Assembly: GCF_009914755.1 (NCBI RefSeq)
Contig: NC_060926.1
DNA length: 64,000 bases
Strand: one strand, 5' to 3'
DNA from: the human T2T-CHM13v2.0 reference genome, Homo sapiens
In this document: positions 51,463 to 64,000 of the stretch, one piece after another
Layout: the number at the start of each line of letters is the position of its first letter
How positions within the stretch are numbered: position 1 is the stretch's first letter
The notes under the pieces: model-generated
Database searches by the model: none
What the model saw: the letters and a program-made list of their open reading frames with translations, nothing else
Told to the model about the DNA's origin: nothing
Made by a program: the position numbers and the translations under genes

Positions 51463-54201
51463 CTATCTCAATCAATCTGAATCAATCTCAATCAATCAAA
51501 ACTGAAACTTAATCCTTCAAATATGTTTATTTTACTTGTCCTAAAACAATGTCCCTAGAAGTATTAAAGTGTAAAGCACTGTTATTTTCCCATTTTGAGA
51601 TCTCTAATGTAAAAATGTATTTTTTGAAAATAATTTAAAACATAAAATGCTATATAATAAACATTTAAAAATTTTTTTTATTTTTATATTTTGAGACAGG
51701 GTCTTGCTGTATTGCTCAGGCTGGAGTGCAGTGGCAGGTCATAGCTCACTGCAGCCCTGATCTCCCAGGCTCAAGTGATTCTCCTGCCTCAGCCTCCTGA
51801 GTAGCTGGGACTGTAGGCACACACAACCATACCTGGCTAATTTTTAGTAGAGATAAGGTTGGTCTTGAACTCCTGAACTCAAGCGATCCTTTTGTCTTGT
51901 CCTCCCAAAGTGCTGAGATTACAGGCATAAGCCACCACACCTGGTCTAAAGGTATTGTTTTTAAATTTCAATTTCTAATTGTTTATTGCTACTATATAGA
52001 TATGCAGTTGAATTTTGTAAATTGACCTAATATCCTGTGACCTCGTTAAACCCACTTAATAATTTTAGTAGTTGTTTTGTAGACCATTTGGGGTTGCTTT
52101 ATGTAGACTATAATCTATTTTGATGAATAAAAAAAAATATTTCTTCCCAGAGTGTTTTTTTTTCTTGGCTTATTGCACTGATTAGGACTTCCAGTACAAA
52201 ATTAAATAAGAGTGCCAAGAGCAGAAATCTTGTTCCTGATTTTAAGGGGAAAGCATTCTATCTTTCACCAAGTGCTATGTTAGCTGTATGGTTTTAATTT
52301 TTTTTTGTAGATATCCTTTATCAGATGGAAAAAGTTTTCTTTAATGTAGTTTTTTTTTTTTTAAATCATGAGTTGATGTTTAAACAATTTTCCCCTCTAT
52401 TGAAATAAATGGGTTTCCTTCTTTCATGTTTTGATATGGTGAGATACACTGATTGATTTTTGAATGTTCAGCTTTCATTTTATATATTGCTGGATTCAAT
52501 TTGCTAAGATTTCGTTGTGGATTTTTGCTTCTATGTTCATGAGGAGTACTGGTCTGTAGTTTTGTTATTTTGTGCTGGGTATTAGGGTAATATTAGTTTC
52601 ATAGAATGAATTGCTATGTATCTGTATCTCTTCTGTTTTCTGATAGAGTTTTTAGCTTTCTGAATTTAGAATTTTTCCTTGTGGGAAGGTTTTTAATGGA
52701 ATTAAATTTCTTTAACTGATACGTCTCTTTAGGTTATCTGTTTCTTCTTGAGTAAATTTTGGTAATTTCTTGCAATGGATTTATCCATTTTACTTAAGTT
52801 GTAAAATTTATTGAAAGTTGATAATATATTATTTTAATGCCTCTAGGATCTATGTAACATCCCTTCTTTAATTCTTAATACTGTTTGCTTGTGTCTTCTG
52901 TCTGTCTCTCTCTCTTTCTCTCTCTGTCTGTCGTGCTAGAGGTTTTTCTATTTATTTATTTGTTTATTTATTGAGACAGAGGCTCACTCTGTTGCTCGGG
53001 CTGGAGTTCAGGTGGTATGATCTCGGCTCACTGCAACCAGCACCTCCTGGGTTCACGTGATTCTCGTGCCTCAGCCTCCCGACTAGCTGGGATTACAGGT
53101 GTGTGCCACCACACCTGACTAATTTTTGTATTTTTAGTAGAGAATGGGTTTCACCATGTTAGTCAGGCTGGTCTCCAACTCTTGGCCTCAAGTGATCCGC
53201 CTGCCTTGGCCTCCTAAAGTGCTGGGATTACGGGTGCGAGCCACCCTGCCTGGCCAGGTTTTTCAATTTTATTGATAATTTCAAAGAATGAACTTTTGAC
53301 CTTACTGATTTCTCTCTCTCTTTTTTTTTTTTTTTTGGTTTTTAATTTCACTTTTTTTCCCTTTTAAAATTTTCATTATTTCCTTCCTCCTGTTTACTTT
53401 GGACTTATTTTGGCCTTCTTTTTCTAGTTTCTTAAGGTGGGATATTATGCTATTGATTTGAGACGTACTTATTTTCTGATATAATAATTTAATGCTGTAA
53501 ATTTCCCTCTAGGCACTGCTTTGGGTACATCTCAAAAGTTTGGACATTATGTTTTCATTTGCATTCAATTAAAATTATTTTCTAATTTATCTTATGATTT
53601 AGTCTTTGACCATTGGGTATTTATAATTGTGTTGTTTAATTTTTAAATATTTGGGGGGTTTTCCAGATATCTTTCTGTTACTGGTTTCTAGTGTAATTCT
53701 TTTGTGGTCAGAGAATATACTTTATATATTTTAAATTTGTTAGGGTTTGTTTTATGTTTCAGAATATGGTTTATCTTGGCAAACATGATATGTGCTCTTG
53801 AAGCTATTTGGCTATTTTTGGGTGGGGTATTCTCTATATATTAATTAGGTTAAGTTGGTTGATTGCATTGTCCAGGGTTTCCATATCTTTACTGAATTTC
53901 AGTCCACTTTTTCTATTGACTACTGAGAGAGGAATTTTAAGTCTTCACCTGTAATTTTAGATTTGTCTATTTTTTATTTTTATTACTTTTTAGTTTAGTT
54001 TTGAAGCTATGTTTGTAGGTATATAAGTATTTAGGATTGTCATCTTCAATCGATCCCTTTATTATATTTAATGTTTTTTATTTATCTCTGATAATATTTC
54101 TGGTTCTGAAGTTAACATTTTCTGATATTAATATAGCAGTTTCAGGTTTATTTTGATTAGTGTTTGCATGGTATGTGTTTTTTCTGTTCATTTACTTTTA
54201 A

Positions 54202-54411
<210 letters not shown>

Positions 54412-54616
54412 TAAAAAACATTTTTAGTAGAGATGGGGTTTCACCATATTGACCAGACTGGTCTTGAACTCCTGACCTTGTGATCTGCCCACCTCGGCCT
54501 GCCAGATAGACACCATATGGTTGGGTCTTGCTAATTTAATCCAGTATGATAATCTCTATCTTTTAAATGAGATGTTTAGGCCATTTATATTCAATATAGT
54601 TATTAATCAACTTGTC

Positions 54617-54618
<2 letters not shown>

Positions 54619-54665
<47 letters not shown>

Positions 54666-54670
54666 TTGTG
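54619..54670. repeat. (TG)n microsatellite, interrupted
   Basis: About 25 TG units with two TT interruptions. Confidence 0.95.
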
Positions 54671-56589
54671 TTCTTCCTTTTTTCTGTTTTCCTGAATGCT
54701 TTTGATTCTTTTTTGCTGTGTCACATCTACTGATGACCCCTTCACATGAAATTTTTACTCTCATATTGTGGTTTTTATTGTTAGAATTTTGTGCTAAAAT
54801 TCTTGTTTTTCTTTTTTCTTTATTTTCCTAACTCCCCAAACTTGTTATCTGTGCTGAAATTCTTTATTTGTTCATGGATTTTTTTCCACTTTTTTCCCTA
54901 AATTATTTGGTGTATCAATCATAGTTTGACATTTCTAACTGTCTCTGAGTCTGGTTCTCTTGATTGCTTTGCAGTGTGATGGTTGGTTTTTGTTGCTTTT
55001 AGTTTGTATTATTATTTTTGAGAAGAGTCTCACTCTGTCACTTAGGCTGGAGTGCTGTGGTGCAATCACAGCTCACTGCAGCCTCAACCTCCCTGGGCTC
55101 AGGTGATCTTCCTGCCTCCACCTCTTCAGCATGCACCACCACTCCCAGCTAATTTTTTTTTTTTTTTGTATTTTTTGTAGAGATGGGATCTTGCTATGTT
55201 TCCAAGACTAGTCCTGAACTTCTGGGCTCAAGCAATCTGCCAGCTTCAGTGTCCCAAAGTGCTGGGATTACAGGCATGAGTGGCCATGCCCAGCCTCATT
55301 AATTTTGATTGAATGTCAGACATCTTATATATAAAGAGAGACTGAAGTAAATAGTATTTATAGTTGGGAATGGACATTACTCTTCTTATAGAGAGATATG
55401 TTTGTATGTCCCATCTGTAAGGGCTGTCCCTCCTTGGATTTCAGGCTGCTTCAAGAAAAGTTGTGATTTTGTAATTTATCCAGCTTTTGTTCATTGTTAG
55501 TGTGGTAGTGGCATTCTTTTCAGCTTTTACATTATGGGCTGTGGGCCCTCTAAGATTTCTCTAATTTATTCGTAACAGAATACAAATTTATCTTATTTAT
55601 GTAATTTGGACTTATTTTCATTTTTGAGCACATAGCCATTAATTTTTGCATACATGTGATATTCCTTATATTTCATCTGTGAAGCAAATCTGTTTCCAAT
55701 GTAGTAAAAATTAATTACATGTAAACTTACATAATTTTAGTCAATTTGAATTTTTCTACACAGTATTATTTGTTGGGTATACTTTTTTGAGGGTTCATTA
55801 TTGGTAATATTCATATGGGTTTGAATCCTAGAAGGGCAGTTGTCCACTCAAAAAATAAGTTGAGTATATGCATATTATTAAAGTTGTATCTTAAGTTATT
55901 GAGATGTGTATTATTGTATTAAACATCACCCATGACTTGCAAACTCAGAAGAAATATGAATAAAGGGCATCTGTTCAAACCTTAGTAAAACTTCTTGGCT
56001 TCTGTTAGGAGCCTTCTTGACTCTGCAAATTCCCAAGACTTTCCAGGCTGATACGATGAAGGCTTTTTGGGTGCTGTATCACTCTTCATTCCCCTCTTCA
56101 TAGCCCCTGGTAACCTTGATTTTACTGTCTGTTTTTATGAATTTGCCTGTTCTAGGTACCTCATATAAGTGGAATCATATAATATTTGTCCTGTGTTTGC
56201 CTTATTTCACTTACTATAACCTTTATATTTCTGATTGTAAAGGATGGAAAGTCATCCTTTCCATTTGCTTGGGCTACATTTCTATATTCCAGTCTTAAAG
56301 CTAATGTAACCTGTTGCTTATGTAATATGTGTGTCAACATTATGTATGGATTTCCAAAACAACCAGCATTATAGCATCTGGAGCTTTCACCAAGTTTTCA
56401 AGGGGCCTCTTACTTTTCCAAAGAGGTTAAGAACTACTGCTATAGATTCTGAAGCATATATAATCATATAAAACAGCCCCTGATCTTAAGGAGCTTGACA
56501 TTTTATTGATCTTTGTCCTGTCTATGACAAACTAATGGGTTGGGGTGGGTAGTATTGTATGACCAATATAGAAGCCTACACTGAAGAGT

Positions 56590-56909
<320 letters not shown>

Positions 56910-57034
56910 TTAGAAAATGCCTATAAAATACTTAGCAGAGGGGTTTATTTGTTAGCTGTGCTGGATGAAGGTAATGATAAAATAATAACCATCTACGTGA
57001 CCAGAGGTGATTACTAAATTTCCTTTATATATTT

Positions 57035-57351
57035 TTTACTTTTGTTGTGCTGAATTATCTATAACATAAAAATTTGCCATTTTACCCATTTTTAGGTGTA
57101 CATTTCAGTGGTACTAAGTACATTCACAATGTTGTACAACCATCCCCACTCTGTATTTCCAGTACTTTTTCATCTTCTCAAACAGAAACTCTGTACTCAT
57201 TAAACAATAACTTTTCATTCCCCTCTTCATATCCCCTAGTAACCTCGATTTTACTTTCTGTTTCTATGAATTTGCCTATTCTAGGTGCCTCATATAAGTG
57301 GAATCATGTAAGATTTGTCCTTCTGTGTTTGGCTTATTTCACTTAGTGTAA
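57035..57351 (-). mobile_element. L1MB-like 3' end fragment
   Basis: taacataaaatttgccatttta...gtggaatcat..; flanked by TCCTTTA(T/C)AT at about 57021 and 57352. Confidence 0.75.
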
Positions 57352-57754
57352 TCCTTTACATTTTTATTTATCCATTAAGCACAATGACATTTGTCTTTTC
57401 TATTTCATTGAATTACTGTTTAAAGTCAAATGAAATAGTTAAATCCTAATAGGTACTATATAAATTTAAGACGGTATGTATAAAAACTGGTAAATATTAC
57501 CTGAAAGTAATAAACTCATTTGCTGTCTCCCTGTGATTGTAAGTGGGTTACTTTATTTATAATTTAAAAAATTATTCCTATGTTACATAGAAATGCTAGG
57601 CTTATTCTAAAATTCAAAGTTAGATTTTAATGTCATAAGAGAGAAGTTTGCTTGAACTGACCATTTGTGGAATGTTTGTTAATTTTAAATTTGGATTCAA
57701 TATTTTATATACCTTATTTGACTTGAACTTTATTGTATTTCTTTCTCTTTTTAG

Positions 57755-58015
57755 GATTCTAATTCTCAGGTGGATTTAAGCATTCGGGTTACTGATGATG
57801 ATATTGGTGAAATAATTCAAGTAGATGGAAGCGGTGATACATCTTCCAATGAAGAAATAGGAAGTACAAGAGATGCAGATGAGAATGAATTTCTAGGGAA
57901 TATTGACGGGGGAGATCTGAAGGTACCTGAAGAAGAAGCTGACAGTATTTCAAATGAGGATTCAGCCACAAACAGTAGTGATAATGAAGACCCTCAAGTA
58001 AACATTGTAGAAGAG
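57755..58015 (+). CDS. GTF2A1L: GTF2A1L exon 7: DSNSQVDLSIR...IIQVDGSGD...PQVNIVEE (cleavage site and acidic region)
   Basis: Acceptor ctttctctttttAG, donor GTGAGG, 261 nt (phase 0-0); overlaps ORF 57770..58132. Confidence 0.96.
57818..57838 (+). other. GTF2A1L: Taspase1 cleavage motif QVD/GSGD separating the ALF alpha and beta subunits
   Basis: CAA GTA GAT GGA AGC GGT GAT in exon 7; equivalent to the QVD/G site of TFIIA alpha-beta. Confidence 0.9.
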
Positions 58016-58143
58016 GTGAGGATGACTTTTGAGCTGAGACTTCCTTTATTAATTTATAACATTTCTACTTTATTATGCCTTGGAACCAAAAGGAATAGCA
58101 AGATTAATCTTTTCTTTACTCTTTTGAAATAAGACTTATTTGG

Positions 58144-59535
<1,392 letters not shown>

Positions 59536-59625
59536 GACAAGTTCCTTTATTTCTATATGTCTCTTTATCTTTAAACAATTTAAAGCATCATAAAATTCCT
59601 TAATGTGATCATCTTTCGTCTTTAG

Positions 59626-59715
59626 GACCCTTTAAATTCTGGAGATGATGTTAGTGAACAGGATGTGCCAGACCTGTTTGACACGGATAATGTAATTGTC
59701 TGTCAGTATGATAAG
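59626..59715 (+). CDS. GTF2A1L: GTF2A1L exon 8: DPLNSGDDVSEQDVPDLFDTDNVIVCQYDK (start of TFIIA beta-barrel region)
   Basis: Acceptor ctttcgtctttAG, donor GTACTG, 90 nt (phase 0-0); PLNS.DDVS...LFDT.NV.VCQYDK is the conserved TFIIA beta motif. No stop codon is reached, so the final exon is outside the window. Confidence 0.96.
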
Positions 59716-59986
59716 GTACTGTATTTACCTTTTGGACTTTGGGTTTATTAACTGCATTTATAGTAGAAAGGTATGTAAAATGATGGGAAATAAGATGAAG
59801 AGTTACACTTCACAATTAATCAAAACAGCAGTTTAATTCTGGAAATTCTGAGTGTGTATTTTGGGTCTAGCGCTGTGCTATGTGATCTCAGTGATACCAG
59901 AAAAAGTGACAGTCCTTAAGGAAGTAATGATCTTATTGAAACAAGATGTTTCTTTTGGAAAACTAGAAAGACATACAATGAGATGG

Positions 59987-60097
59987 TAGGTAAATCAACA
60001 GCTAAAATATGTGACAGGTAAATCAAATGCTAAAATATGTGGAATGTAATCAAATGCTAAGATGAGTGGCAGGTAAATCAAATGCTAAGATATGCAG
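59987..60097. repeat. Minisatellite, 4 copies of a unit of about 28 bp (caggtaaatcaaatgctaaaatatgtg)
   Basis: Directly visible imperfect tandem repeat. Confidence 0.85.
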
Positions 60098-60794
60098 CAC
60101 AGATAGTAAGCCCTAGAAGTGGCTAGGAAATGTAAGAAATCATTTGTAGTTGGAGTTCCCCATAAATCCATGGGTGATGTGGGGTTTTGAAATGGGTCTT
60201 GAATGACTTGTAGGATACAGGTAAATATGGAGAATAAGCATCAGATAGAATAGCCCAATAAAAAGCAGAGAAATGAATGGATGTAGTATGTACAAGGGAC
60301 ACTGAAGAGATAGCTCTGGCTTGAACAAAGTGTCTTTTATTGGATGTATAGTACTAGGAAGTGAAGCTGGGTGGGAGACAGAATAGGAAGCAGATTAGAA
60401 TATCCTGAATGGTAGTAGGAAAAATCTGAACTTGGTCTGAGGGACACTAGCCTTCTGAGAAGGTTATTGAGAAAATTGTAATTGGGTTTAAAAGCCAGAT
60501 GTGTTTGATTTGGAAAAAGCAAATGGTAAAAGTGGGTAGGGCAGACGTGAAGTGCCCAGAACCCAGACAGAGGATGGCAGTGTAAGAACATGGAGAAGTC
60601 AGAGGTTATGATGGAAAAATCGGTGGGACTTGGTCATTAGTTGAAGGTGTCTCTCAGGTTTCCAGCCTAGAGATTATGTTAGTAGCAGTCTAACTCTAGC
60701 AACTAAAAATAATACTGCTTTTTAAAAAACACTACAGCTGTGATTATGTAGTCAAACGGGAGTTTTTGTCCTTAATTCATGAATATTTATATTC

Positions 60795-62390
<1,596 letters not shown>

Positions 62391-63269
62391 ATTTACATAT
62401 TTAGCCTTTTTTTTTTCCAGTCACAATTTGAATATATTTAGGGGGAAACAAAGAATAATGTTTTGAATTGCTGTAAAAAGAAATCTTTTTCTCTGAAAAT
62501 AAGGTCACTTTCTCCACTATAACATTTTATACAAATAGAAAACCGCAATTTAGATGCTGAATACAAATATAAACATAAGAAGGAATAGGGGATAGAAAAG
62601 GAACAGTTCTTAGTTTGAAACTTGTTTTAGTTTCTTATAAACAATATATTGCCTTCTATAAAAAAACATTATAAGGTACTTAATTATATATACATTCCAT
62701 AAAGTCTCATGCAGAATTTTCTAGACCATTATGGATGTGGTATCCTTTGTTTGCCGCAATGTGGGAGATACCTTGTAATTAATTATGTAGTACTTTGTAT
62801 TTTTGCGGTGTTTTATCATATATTATCTTTTGTTTCTTATAATAACCTTATGGAATAGATAGAGGTGATATTAAATATACACTGCTAACAAATCTAGTAT
62901 CTGAGAACCCTTCTACTTAGTGAATATTTTAAGAACAGTGGTAAAAAATTAATGGAAAGCAGGGCATTGGGGAACCATTGAAACATTTTAAAAGGGGAGT
63001 GATGTAGTCAGAAGATAGCCAAAAGAATGTATCTAAAGGTCAAAGTGGGGTGAGGAACACTGTTATAGTGAATCTTTATGAAAGAAAAACTTTCCAGTGC
63101 TGGTCACTGGTTGATTTGTTTCAAATAGTATTGAATGTAACCCAACTCAAGTGAATTGAAAGAACTTTCAGTAGTCTCTTTTAGAGCTTTACTAATTCAG
63201 TGTGTTTTATGGGCTTAGCACGCTTTTGTTATGCCACTCTGCTAACTTACTCAGCTTATTTTAAAGGCA

Positions 63270-63403
63270 GGTAGTATCAGTTCCTCTGGGAAACTATTAC
63301 AAATGCAGAATCCTGAGTCCCACGCCAGAGTACTGGATAAGAATGTACATTTTAACAAGACTCCAAAATGATTTGTATGGCCGTTAAATTTTGAGAAGCA
63401 GTG
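63270..63403. mobile_element. MER5-like fragment
   Basis: aaatgcagaatcctg.g.ccca...cattttaacaag...ttgagaagcagtg. Confidence 0.6.
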
Positions 63404-63848
63404 TTTGGTTTCTTTAGTATATTTTATTTGGATTTGATTAACAGATGGAATTTATCTTTAAAATTTAGAGGTTAACAATTGGGGGGAAAACTTTGAAAAT
63501 ATAAACATGTACAGTGCAAAAGGGCTAAATGAAGGCCACTGGTTTACATACTGGGTGAGAATTAGTTAAATGGTATAGATATTTTGTTTCAGAGGCCTAG
63601 AGAATGTCTAAAATTAATATAAGGATTTAAATAATAAAGATATTATAGCGAAAATTAATGGTGAAATGAAACCTTTTACTACAGATGGAGGTGTTCTGTG
63701 CTACAAATAGGACACTATTTATAGTGGAATGTGAAACCATTTGAATATCCTATATCTTCGTTTGACAGTTTAGCAGACTTGCTTATAGCTGACTTTATCC
63801 CTTAGATGCTATACAATGATTAATTTCTAGGTGTGTAGCATGGTTTCT

Positions 63849-63942
63849 TTATATATACAGAGAGAGATATGTATATATGTGTATATATAGTCTCTTTATA
63901 TATATCTATATATCTCTCTATATAATAGTCTATATATATGTA
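63849..63942. repeat. TA/GA-rich low-complexity repeat
   Basis: Degenerate (TA)n with AG/TC tracts. Confidence 0.8.
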
Positions 63943-64000
63943 CATTTCCTTTGAATAGATAGTGCATACACATGGTTAAAAAATCAAAATACTGTAAAAA

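Overview
Hominoid (very probably human) genomic DNA containing the promoter and coding exons 1-8 of GTF2A1L (ALF, the germ-cell TFIIA alpha/beta-like factor) on the + strand. The eight exons have GT-AG boundaries and splice into one open frame of 1329 nt (443 codons, [19 protein letters not shown]...DNVIVCQYDK). That frame includes the Taspase1 site QVD/GSGD. The last exon lies beyond the window. From established knowledge, the region upstream of exon 2 is also an intron of the STON1-GTF2A1L read-through transcript. The rest is transposon-rich: about 35 Alus, several old L1s, DNA-transposon fossils, a full-length SVA inside an MLT1 LTR 2.3 kb upstream of the start codon, and a full-length TPT1 processed pseudogene nested in an L1 in intron 3. 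I see no evidence for a new multi-gene system, and nearly all ORFs in the supplied track derive from repeats. The best leads are: (1) an abrupt L1/L1 junction at about 18855 that looks like a multi-kb deletion allele; (2) an Alu whose target-site duplication copied the likely exon-2 branch point; (3) the Alu-in-TPT1-pseudogene-in-L1 nest, antisense to the host gene; (4) the promoter-proximal SVA; (5) a compact GC-box/CRE/CHR/NRF1 motif cluster in the promoter; (6) two Alus inserted from opposite strands of one TTTAAA site; (7) a tandem duplication with a templated junction. Repeat subfamily names and boundaries were recognised by eye and are approximate.
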